Below are positions 20,809 to 28,970 of a stretch of DNA of 64,000 nt, in pieces (within the stretch, counting starts at the first letter, position 1; each line of letters starts with the position of its first letter). The position numbers and the translations under genes were made by a program. The DNA is from Candidatus Bilamarchaeaceae archaeon (lineage in GTDB: Archaea > Micrarchaeota > Micrarchaeia > Anstonellales > Bilamarchaeaceae): assembly GCA_038870635.1 (NCBI GenBank), contig JAVZJR010000001.1, positions 180,839-244,838 on the forward strand, given 5' to 3'. The notes under the pieces were generated by a model. That model was given only the letters and a program-made list of their open reading frames with translations. It was not told the DNA's origin and made no database searches.

Positions 20809-21062
20809 AAATCCTCTTTGACACCTTTTATTTAAAAATATAATTACAAAACAATGAAAAGAGACAAGTATTTAAAACATTATGTGTAATAATATTGTTA
20901 GGTGTGAAAATGAACAAACAGAAAATAAACAAAAAAGTTTCTGTCTGTTCAGTCTTTTCCTTCTATTTTGGCGGCTAGGCCGCCACACCGCCACGTTATT
21001 TTTGGATGTAAAATCTAATCTTTTAGATTTTGTCCTAAAAAACAAAAAAAGAGGTGAAAAGT

Positions 21063-21302
21063 ATGGTATATGTTAATAATGGGGAAAAAAGGTTGAATAG
21101 GTTGTTGCACATGGATGTTGATAGGATAATGATAAATATGATTAAAATAAAAAATTGCAGAGAGAAGAATAAAAAAAGGCAAAAACCAACTTGGAAGATA
21201 TGGCACGAAAAAATGGAAACCAAGAAAAATAAAAATGAAAAAAATAATGAAAGCAAAAAGATAGATGAAATTATGGGCGATCCGCGCTATTGGGGTTGCT
21301 AA
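21063..21302 (+). CDS. Small basic hypothetical protein
   Basis: GAGGTG RBS before the ATG; Lys-rich. Confidence 0.45.
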   Translation: MVYVNNGEKRLNRLLHMDVDRIMINMIKIKNCREKNKKRQKPTWKIWHEKMETKKNKNEKNNESKKIDEIMGDPRYWGC

Positions 21303-21376
21303 TCAACTCAAACAACGACCATCTTTTATTTTTTATATTTTTAAATTCTTTGTAATATAAAACTTTTGGTGAAAAA

Positions 21377-22507
21377 TTGGAAACTCTTCGTATAGGCATG
21401 TTCAATCCTTTCTTCTACCCTTTCTTGGGTGGTACTGAGCATGTCATTTATGAAATTGGGAAACGCTTGGTGAAAAAAGGCCATAAGATAAGTGTGTATA
21501 CATCATTGCACTTGCCGAACTTACCAAAAAAAGAAGAAATAGACGGTATAGAAGTGCACAGAGTGGATGCTCATATTGTATGGAAAGCCCCTCCGCAGCT
21601 TATCCCACCATTTCCAATTTTCACTAATTTTAACCAAACATCAAAAGAATTCATGAAAGATGTAGATATAGCGCATATTCATAATCGATTTATATTCTCC
21701 TACCTTCAAATAAGACACTTAGGTAAAATAAAAGACGTAACACTTACGATACATAACGCAACGCCACAAAATATTGACCTTTTCACAGATATCAGCGGTC
21801 AATTGCATGACAAAACTTTACTCCGTAGAGCTTATAAGTATCTAAGTGGTGCAACTGCGATAACCAAAGCTGCTTTGGATATGACGCTCTACGATTATAA
21901 AGGAAAAAAAGATGTCATATACAATGGTGTAGATAGTAAACTATTCAGACCATTAAAAAGAGTAGAGTATTGGGATAGAATACCACGTGACAAACCAATA
22001 GTAATGACAAATTGTCGTCTTGTGAAGCAAAAGGGAATAGATTACTTGATAAAAGCTATGAAAGGGGTAAACGCACGATTGGTGGTATTTGGGAGGGGCC
22101 CTCTTGAAAACGAACTAAAAGAACTTGCTAAAAAAGAAGAGGTAGATGCTATATTTATCACTGAAAGAATAAGCAATGAGGAATTAGTTCAACTAATAAA
22201 TTTATGCGATATCTTTGTTCTTCCATCTTTATATGAGACATTTGGTCTTGCAGTTGCAGAAGCCATGGCTTGTGGCAAAGCCGTAATTTCAACAAATATT
22301 CATGGCTTGCCCGAAGTAGTTGGTGATGGCGGTCTATTAGTTTCTCCACGAGATGTTGAAGGAATGCGAGCAGCCATAAATTTCTTAATTGAAGATGAAA
22401 AGTATAGAAAAAAAATTGGAAAAAAAGCAAGAGGAAGAGTTATCCGAATGTTTAATTGGGATGATATTGCACTAAGATATGAGAAATTTTACAAAGACGT
22501 CTTATGA
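21377..22507 (+). CDS. Glycosyltransferase family 4
   Basis: GGTE, IYNGVD, KGIDYLI and ETFGLAVAEAMACG. Confidence 0.92.
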   Translation: METLRIGMFNPFFYPFLGGTEHVIYEIGKRLVKKGHKISVYTSLHLPNLPKKEEIDGIEVHRVDAHIVWKAPPQLIPPFPIFTNFNQTSKEFMKDVDIAHIHNRFIFSYLQIRHLGKIKDVTLTIHNATPQNIDLFTDISGQLHDKTLLRRAYKYLSGATAITKAALDMTLYDYKGKKDVIYNGVDSKLFRPLKRVEYWDRIPRDKPIVMTNCRLVKQKGIDYLIKAMKGVNARLVVFGRGPLENELKELAKKEEVDAIFITERISNEELVQLINLCDIFVLPSLYETFGLAVAEAMACGKAVISTNIHGLPEVVGDGGLLVSPRDVEGMRAAINFLIEDEKYRKKIGKKARGRVIRMFNWDDIALRYEKFYKDVL

Positions 22508-22516
22508 GATGAGGAT

Positions 22517-23269
22517 ATGATACCTGAACTTTCAAGATTGTTAGAAAACGCAGTAGCTGAAACCCTTGAGGATAGAGTAGCAATCGCCTTTTCTGGAGGG
22601 GTTGACTCTTCACTTATAGCAACAGTTGCCAAAAAATTCTGCGAAGTTGAACTTTTTACTGCAGGAGTTGAGGGAGCGCAAGATGTTGTTGCAGCAAGAG
22701 AAGTTGCTAAAAAACTCAACCTTCCTCTTTTTGAATGTATAATGAAAGAAGATGAAATAATAAAAACTTATGAAGAATGCTATAAAATTTGCCCTGCTGA
22801 ATTCCTAAAAGTTGAACTTTTAGTACCTATTTATAGAATCGCTCAAGAAGCACAAAAAAGGAACCACAAAGTAATGCTGTTCGGCAGCGGCTCAGAAGAA
22901 CTTTTTGTAGGATACGAAAGATACTACACTTATTTGGATGAAGGTAAGAATCTTGATGATATACTAAAGCAGGAATATAAAGAACTTCAAAAAAGAGAAA
23001 TAGCTTGGATAAGCAAAATAACACGAAAATTTGGAATAGAAGCCCGTTTTCCTTTTTATAATAATAAACTAGCCAATTATGTATTCAGCATTCCATTAGA
23101 AATAAGAATAGAAGAAAAAGAATTGAAAAAAGGAATACTCCGAGAAGCTGCTTCTTTTTTAGAAGTACCAGAGGAAGCAGTAAAAAGAAAAAAGAAAGCA
23201 CTTCAATATGGTAGCGGTATCCATAAAATCTTACTTAAACATGATTGCCTACCTGGTATGAAAAAATAA
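22517..23269 (+). CDS. Asparagine synthase C-terminal-domain protein (no glutaminase domain)
   Basis: FSGGVDSS, GSGSEELFVGY, EARFPF and RKKKALQYGSG. Confidence 0.85.
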   Translation: MIPELSRLLENAVAETLEDRVAIAFSGGVDSSLIATVAKKFCEVELFTAGVEGAQDVVAAREVAKKLNLPLFECIMKEDEIIKTYEECYKICPAEFLKVELLVPIYRIAQEAQKRNHKVMLFGSGSEELFVGYERYYTYLDEGKNLDDILKQEYKELQKREIAWISKITRKFGIEARFPFYNNKLANYVFSIPLEIRIEEKELKKGILREAASFLEVPEEAVKRKKKALQYGSGIHKILLKHDCLPGMKK

Positions 23270-23300
23270 TAAGAGCTCAACCATTTAGAACGAGTGTAAA

Positions 23301-23707
23301 CCTTTGCCATCGATAGCTATGCTATCGAGCTGTAAACGTATAGACGTTTACACAATTATAACACAGAAGTCAAAGGCTTCGTAAAAAAATAAAAATAACA
23401 GGTAGAATAACTCAGGGTTTGGGTGAGCGTAAGCCTTTGCCATGAGATGATAGAAGTCAAAGGCTTCGTAAGAAGCAATGAAAACAGTAGAAAACATAAA
23501 AACCCCTGCCGGCACCGATGAAAACCGGAGTAACGGCACATAGAAAACATTAGAAATACAGAGAATACAGTAAGAAGCCAAGAAAATAGGAGAAAACATA
23601 AAACGGCTGCGGTGGCCGATGAAAACATAAGTCCACCGCACATAGAAAACATTAGAAATACAGAGAAAACAGTAAGAAGCAATGAAAACAGTAAGAATAA
23701 CTAAAAA
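23301..23707 (-). repeat. tRNA-linked repeat element, copy 2: distal multi-hairpin module plus two ~102-bp units (one of each hairpin type)
   Basis: Highly similar to 25663-26082; units match those at 1-243 and 37244-37503. Confidence 0.92.
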
Positions 23708-23737
23708 CGCCCAGATGGATTTGAACCCCGCAGACAC
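23708..23737 (-). pseudogene. Degenerate tRNA 3' half (att-like remnant)
   Basis: Reverse complement GTGTCTGCGGGGTTCAAATCCATCTGGGCG versus the tRNA-Lys 3' end GTGTCGGGGGTTCAAATCCCTCTGGGCCCG. Confidence 0.7.
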
Positions 23738-23759
23738 CGTGGCAAATTTCCCATCCCTG

Positions 23760-24151
23760 ATGGATGTGTTCCATTAAGTGAGTATGGTATTTTGCAGAGA
23801 AACGATAGTGAGTGCTTTAAGATAAGCAGGAGTGGCTCTTATGTTCTTTATAACAACGTCACAGGAGTACCTCATACAGTATACCTACTAGACATTAACA
23901 AACAGATGGCAGTCTGGGTTGAGATTAACTCTCAAATGTTGTGTTTGATTGCAAGAGGCATATTATGGGACACATCAGATGGTGGTAGTGAGTGTTCAGG
24001 CACACGATCCACGCTATGGGCAGTCAAGGCAAGTCCTTCCCCAGAACCTGACACGTACGGTGAGTATATGTACGCTGCAATGATTCCATATACCCTTGCA
24101 ACATATGAAGGCGCAGGGAACACAATAACTATATATATAGAACTGGAGTAA
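23760..24151 (+). pseudogene. Frameshifted or fused relic of a NosD-type surface protein
   Basis: SEYGILQRNDSECFKISRSGSYVL and, after a frameshift, NVVFDCK match SDYGILEYNSSCMEINSSGNYYL...SNVIFNCN in 9593-14902. Confidence 0.6.
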
Positions 24152-24179
24152 TCAAATAAAAAGTGAAAATCAAATCTTC

Positions 24180-25583
24180 CTATTCTTTGTTGTTTACCTT
24201 TATTGCGATTTTATTGATATCCCCATTTGCATCTTTCTCTACATATTCCACAGAGAAAACTTTACCATCTTTTTCGAAAGGAATACACTCTTTTGTAACG
24301 TTACCCAGCGGTACTTGCATAGAGTCGCCGTAGCATATTGTTTTTCCTTGAACCATCATATACGGCTGGTCGATGGCAACGGAAAATCTGTACTTTATTT
24401 TGCTTATGTCTTCATTTGGTATAAATTCAAGCAGCTCCAAGCACCTGTCATCTACACTTAAGCAAGTGGCACCTGTTGTGGTTGCAACGCTATACCTTAC
24501 CTTATTATAGTACAAATCGATAGGCTGCTGGCCATTCCCAAAGCAGCACACCTGAACATTCCTCTCAGTTGTACCATTTTGTTCTTTCATTGTGTAGCAT
24601 TTTGGTGAGATAGGATGGCACCCGGTAAACTCATTTGATTTATCAACAATCCTATTTATGCCGAATATTATTTCCTTCTCTAGCCCGAACCCATAAGTTT
24701 GTGCCAGCTTTATCGCAGAAGTTTCTCCGGGATATTCAAGCTCCAGCAAATCGCAATTATCAATAGTTGTACACAGCCCTAGTTGCAGCTGGGAAAGCGA
24801 CATTTTATCTAGGTTTATAGAGGGTGAAAATTGGTATGTTATGCGAGTTATATATTCATTCTTGATTTCACAGCCGTTAGTTTTGTATTCTACGTTAAAC
24901 GTTGTCTTCACACCTATGCTTGTACCTTCTTTTGATATAAAAATATCATCCCTGCTCTTATCTTCAGCTTTTGTTTCCCAGTCTCCCGGCGTACATACAT
25001 CTGTTACCTCGCCGGTATCGCTCGTATCAGGAACATCCTGAGCATCCACTCCCGCATCCGGCCTGTTAACATCAATAGTATCATCAGTATCAAGCTCTAT
25101 ATCACCAACCGTAGCATCCGCATCAAGCCCTACATCATCAACCTGTTCCCCATCAATCCCACTGTCGTTGTTTACATCCTCTTTAGCGTCTGTAGCGGTA
25201 TCATCACCCGCCTCGCTATCAACATCTACATCCCCTTTAGCATCTTCCAGTACATCCTTCCCAGCGTCACTAACAGCATCTGGAGCAGTAGCATCCTCTA
25301 TATCCTCTTTTGGAGATGCATCCTTTGCTATTGCCGCATCCTCAACGACAGGCGGTTGTGAAACATTCTCACCACAATTTATGTTAGTAGTATAAAGTGT
25401 TGAGACGGCGATAAGCGTAATCATTGCCTTTTTGCCATTCTCCTTTAATTTGGTGAGCAGGCTTTCTTTATTTTCATCTTTTAGCATATTCTTAAAGAGC
25501 CTCGCAAACTCAACTTTATTAGAGGTCTGTTTCAGCTCGTTCTCTTTTATATTATCAATCTTAGAGTGTTTTAGCGTTTTCAT
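24180..25583 (-). CDS. Putative membrane-anchored or lipo- protein with an Asp/Ala-rich linker and a Cys-containing C-terminal domain
   Basis: ~50-aa charged N-terminus, hydrophobic stretch ending in Cys, DA/DAG-rich ~120-aa linker. Confidence 0.8.
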   Translation of the reverse strand: MKTLKHSKIDNIKENELKQTSNKVEFARLFKNMLKDENKESLLTKLKENGKKAMITLIAVSTLYTTNINCGENVSQPPVVEDAAIAKDASPKEDIEDATAPDAVSDAGKDVLEDAKGDVDVDSEAGDDTATDAKEDVNNDSGIDGEQVDDVGLDADATVGDIELDTDDTIDVNRPDAGVDAQDVPDTSDTGEVTDVCTPGDWETKAEDKSRDDIFISKEGTSIGVKTTFNVEYKTNGCEIKNEYITRITYQFSPSINLDKMSLSQLQLGLCTTIDNCDLLELEYPGETSAIKLAQTYGFGLEKEIIFGINRIVDKSNEFTGCHPISPKCYTMKEQNGTTERNVQVCCFGNGQQPIDLYYNKVRYSVATTTGATCLSVDDRCLELLEFIPNEDISKIKYRFSVAIDQPYMMVQGKTICYGDSMQVPLGNVTKECIPFEKDGKVFSVEYVEKDANGDINKIAIKVNNKE

Positions 25584-25662
25584 AAATTAATTTACTCATG
25601 TAATAAATAAATAGTTTTCTAAAACCAGGTACTAATAATACCAACCATTGCACGCCAGCAAC

Positions 25663-26082
25663 CCTTTGCCATCGATAGCTATGCTATCGAGCTGTAAACG
25701 TATAGACGTTTACACAATTATAACACAGAAGTCAAAGGCTTCGTAAATAAAAAATAAACAGATAGAACACCTTAGGGTTTGGGTGAGCGTAAGCCTTTGC
25801 CATGAGATGATAGAAGTCAAAGGCTTCGTAAGAAGCAATGAAAACAGTAGAAAACATAAAAACCCCCGCCGGTACAGATGAAAACCGGAGTAACGGCACA
25901 TAGAAAACATTAGAAATACAGAGAATACAGTAAGAAGCCAAGAATACAGTAGAAAACATAAAAACCCCCGCCGGTACAGATGAAAACCGGAGTAACGGCA
26001 CATAGAAAACAGAAAGTATAACAGAGAAAACAGTAAGAAGCCAAGAAAACAGTAAGAATAACTAAAAACGAATAACTAAAAA
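25663..26082 (-). repeat. tRNA-linked repeat element, copy 3 (downstream of tRNA-Lys)
   Basis: Distal hairpin module plus two units with GCCGGTACAGATGAAAACCGGAGTAACGGC; starts at the tRNA 3' end. Confidence 0.92.
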
Positions 26083-26191
26083 CGGGCCCAGAGGGATTTG
26101 AACCCCCGACACGCGGATTTCACCATGAACAAGAATAAGAGTCCGCTGCTTTTGGCAGCAAAATGCTTCTACCAAGCTGAGCTATGGGCCC
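26083..26191 (-). tRNA. tRNA-Lys(CUU) with two introns (18 nt at ~22/23, 26151-26168; 17 nt at 37/38, 26119-26135)
   Basis: GGGCCCA acceptor; GCGGA-CT-CTT-A/A-TCCGC anticodon arm; BHB-like TGGT/GCCA helix in the D arm. Confidence 0.88.
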
Positions 26192-26218
26192 AAAAAATTA
26201 AAAAAATAAAAAAACAGA

Positions 26219-26662
26219 TTATTTACTTCCGCCCGGAAGACTGAAACTGCATGGATCCTCTATCTTCCAAGAGGAACCGCTTCCTATTAATTGACTCATA
26301 AGCCATGGTGCGATTATGTAAATAAGCACACCAATCAAAGCACCTGTTAGCATAGCAGTAGCCCAAACGTTTGCTCTTGCTCTTGTTTCTGCACCCATAA
26401 TCTGACCGGCAGTATATATAACTGCAGCTAAAACCAGCATAAGAATAATAGCAACACCAAATACTGAAACAAGTTGTTGACAAAGAGTTTTCATTGCCGT
26501 CTCTAAGTTGCCTATACCACTAGTGCTTCCCGTACTTCCTGATGACCCACTATCTTGTCCGCTTTGTGCTACCATAACACCAAAGAGATTAACTAACACC
26601 AGCAAAATCACAAAATACTTGCTTATGTTTTGTGCTGTTCTAAATACTTCTAATATATTCAT
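26219..26662 (-). CDS. VirB2/TrbC-like pilin, copy 1
   Basis: Signal-like N-terminus, Ser/Gly linker, two TM helices linked by GQIMGAETRARANVWA, two Cys. Confidence 0.7.
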   Translation of the reverse strand: MNILEVFRTAQNISKYFVILLVLVNLFGVMVAQSGQDSGSSGSTGSTSGIGNLETAMKTLCQQLVSVFGVAIILMLVLAAVIYTAGQIMGAETRARANVWATAMLTGALIGVLIYIIAPWLMSQLIGSGSSWKIEDPCSFSLPGGSK

Positions 26663-26832
26663 TTTTCCACCTTTTTAAGCATTTTAATAAGTGTTTAAAG
26701 ATAAATATTTATATAACTATCGCAATCACTTTCCTCGCCATAAAGTTTCACTAAAACGCTTTTTTCTATTCTCATATCTTGCTAAGATAAAAAGCAAATC
26801 ACTTAATCTATTCAAGTATTTTCTTAGAAGAA

Positions 26833-26905
26833 TTCACCATGAACAAGAATAAGAGTCCGCTGCTTTTGGCAGCAAAATGCTTCTACCAAGCTGAGCTATG
26901 GGCCC
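26833..26905 (-). pseudogene. Orphan 5' half of tRNA-Lys(CUU) including both introns
   Basis: Identical to 26119-26191; the 3' exon is absent. Confidence 0.85.
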
Positions 26906-26941
26906 AAAAAATTAAAAAAATAAAAAAACAGATTATTCACT

Positions 26942-27370
26942 TCAGCGCTTAAGACTGAAATCGCATGGCTTACTTATGTCCCAAGAGGAACCTATTAATT
27001 GACCCATAAGCCATGGTGCGATTATGTAAATAAGCACACCAATCAAAGCACCTGTTAGCATAGCAGTAGCCCAAACGTTTGCTCTTGCTCTTGTTTCTGC
27101 ACCCATAATCTGACCGGCAGTATATATAACTGCAGCTAAAACCAGCATAAGAATAATAGCAACACCAAATACTGAAACAAGTTGTTGACAAAGAGTTTTC
27201 ATTGCCGTCTCTAAGTTGCCTATACCACTAGTGCTTCCCGTACTTCCTGATGACCCACTATCTTGTCCGCTTTGTGCTACCATAACACCAAAGAGATTAA
27301 CTAACACCAGCAAAATCACAAAATACTTGCTTATGTTTTGTGCTGTTCTAAATACTTCTAATATATTCAT
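26942..27370 (-). CDS. VirB2/TrbC-like pilin, copy 2 (variant C-terminus)
   Basis: Identical to copy 1 up to APWLM, then GQLIGSSWDISKPCDFSLKR. Confidence 0.7.
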   Translation of the reverse strand: MNILEVFRTAQNISKYFVILLVLVNLFGVMVAQSGQDSGSSGSTGSTSGIGNLETAMKTLCQQLVSVFGVAIILMLVLAAVIYTAGQIMGAETRARANVWATAMLTGALIGVLIYIIAPWLMGQLIGSSWDISKPCDFSLKR

Positions 27371-27433
27371 TTTTCCACCTTTTTAAGCATTTTAATAAGT
27401 GTTTAAAGATAAATATTTATATAACTATCGCAA

Positions 27434-27964
27434 TCACTTTCCTCGCCATAAAGTTTCACTAAAACGCTTTTTTCTATTCTCATATCTTGCTAAGATAAAA
27501 AGCAAATCACTTAATCTATTCAAGTATTTTACTATTTCAGGATTTATCTTATTATGAGATGATGCGCTCACCACCCTTCTTTCTGCTCTTCTACATATGG
27601 TGCGAGCGAGATGAAGAACTGCGGCGGTTTTGCTTCCGCCTGGAATTATGAAATGAGTAAGCCTTTCTAATTTAGGTTCAATCTCATCTATTTTCCTTTC
27701 TAAAAATTCTGTTTTAGCAGGCGTTATCCTTTTTGTGGTCTTCTCGCTAACAAGCTCTGCACCTATCACAAAAAGGTCTTTTTGAACAGAAGACAGAATT
27801 TCCTTAAATTCACTATCATCTGTAAAGGCAATTACAACTCCCAAAGCAGCATTTAATTCATCTATTGTACCAGTAGCCTCTACTAAAGGGTCATCTTTTC
27901 TAACAGTACGTCCACTTAGTATTACTGTATCGCCTTTATCTCCAAATCGCGTGTATATCGGCAT
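27434..27964 (-). CDS. PduO-type ATP:cob(I)alamin adenosyltransferase
   Basis: IYTRFGDKGDT, GTIDELNA, ARTICRRAER and YLNRLSDLLF. Confidence 0.93.
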   Translation of the reverse strand: MPIYTRFGDKGDTVILSGRTVRKDDPLVEATGTIDELNAALGVVIAFTDDSEFKEILSSVQKDLFVIGAELVSEKTTKRITPAKTEFLERKIDEIEPKLERLTHFIIPGGSKTAAVLHLARTICRRAERRVVSASSHNKINPEIVKYLNRLSDLLFILARYENRKKRFSETLWRGK

Positions 27965-27969
27965 AGTAA

Positions 27970-28206
27970 TCAGATTAACTTCTTCCCATTTTCTTCAATA
28001 TGAATGCAATTAACCGGACATGATTGAGCCGCGTCTTTATTGCACTCAGTTTTTTGCACCTCTAATACAAACTTACCACCATTGTTTGTAGCGCCTTTTA
28101 GTTTTGATTTTCCATCGTCGCCCATTTCCCAATAAGTGGAGCAAACTGCAACGCAAGCGCCACAACCAATACAAACATCCCGGTCGTGTATTATCTTCAC
28201 GGTCAT
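27970..28206 (-). CDS. Ferredoxin (single cluster)
   Basis: CIGCGAC...CPVNCI. Confidence 0.9.
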   Translation of the reverse strand: MTVKIIHDRDVCIGCGACVAVCSTYWEMGDDGKSKLKGATNNGGKFVLEVQKTECNKDAAQSCPVNCIHIEENGKKLI

Positions 28207-28242
28207 AAAAGCACCAAAAGTCTATCGCAGAAAGGTTATAAA

Positions 28243-28674
28243 ATGTTTTCTGAGGTTTCCAATTGTGATGGTATGATAGGACTTATAACACCGGAAGAAG
28301 AGGAAAAACTACTCAAAAAAATTTTAGAATATTATAAAAAATTATATCCTGGCGTTGATTTCATCATTGAAGAAAAGATTTTGACAAAAGAGGAGATTGG
28401 TGAATTGCTATACACCTATGCAGGAGAGGAAAATGAAGCAACGGCTCAAGAGAAAATGAGATTGATATCGTCTGCAATTACGCATGGTTACAAAACACCA
28501 ATAATAGTTTTGGCAAAAAACAACAAACTAATCCTCTTAGATGGGCACAGAAGAGTAAAGGTTGCCTACAAAGAAGGATTAGATTGGGCAGCGTACGTAA
28601 TAAAGCCAAAAAAAGAATTGGAATTTGGCATCGAAGCAATGATAATGGGTAGGGTAAAGGATCTTTATAGCTAA
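28243..28674 (+). CDS. ParB/Srx N-terminal-domain protein; start uncertain
   Basis: TPIIV...LILLDGHRR motif. Confidence 0.7.
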   Translation: MFSEVSNCDGMIGLITPEEEEKLLKKILEYYKKLYPGVDFIIEEKILTKEEIGELLYTYAGEENEATAQEKMRLISSAITHGYKTPIIVLAKNNKLILLDGHRRVKVAYKEGLDWAAYVIKPKKELEFGIEAMIMGRVKDLYS

Positions 28675-28874
28675 ACTTTTTCTGCAGTAGCATATGTGTT
28701 TCGCACGCTTGTTATTTTTACCTTACAACTCTCATCTTTTTGAGCATTCTTCACAAAAATAACAAAATCATCTTTTTTTGCTATTCCATCGCCTCGCGCA
28801 CCCACACTAATTATCTTAACCTCAATTATATCGCCTTCAGCAACTGGCTTTGGCGTGCTAAAGTCCTTGGCCAC
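28671..28874 (-). CDS. Single TRAM-domain RNA-binding protein
   Basis: PV.EGDIIEVKI...G.RGDGIAK..FVIFV. Confidence 0.88.
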   Translation of the reverse strand: MAKDFSTPKPVAEGDIIEVKIISVGARGDGIAKKDDFVIFVKNAQKDESCKVKITSVRNTYATAEKV

Positions 28875-28970
28875 TTTATCACCTTAACAATAAAGCGTAT
28901 TGTGTTTTAAAAACTTTTTTGATGCGCTTTTATAGGTAAATTTTTAAGTCCTTGCCGCTCATTCTATGTT

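Larger units (their letters stand above)
26119..27530. repeat. Tandem duplication: 26119-26822 and 26833-27530, joined by 10 nt (CTTAGAAGAA)
   Basis: Both copies contain the tRNA-Lys 5' half, the pilin gene, its upstream region and the 3' end of the adenosyltransferase gene; identical by eye except at the pilin 3' end. Confidence 0.95.

Noticed and set aside
23348..23737. ORFs within the repeat elements (also 25710-26003 and 37201-37519)
   Set aside because: Open in several frames because of low-complexity, strand-biased sequence; the unit length varies between 102 and 103 bp, so frame is not conserved
26219..27010. DGR template/variable repeat pair in the pilin tips
   Set aside because: Differences include non-adenine changes and an indel, and no reverse transcriptase is in the window; an external template cannot be excluded
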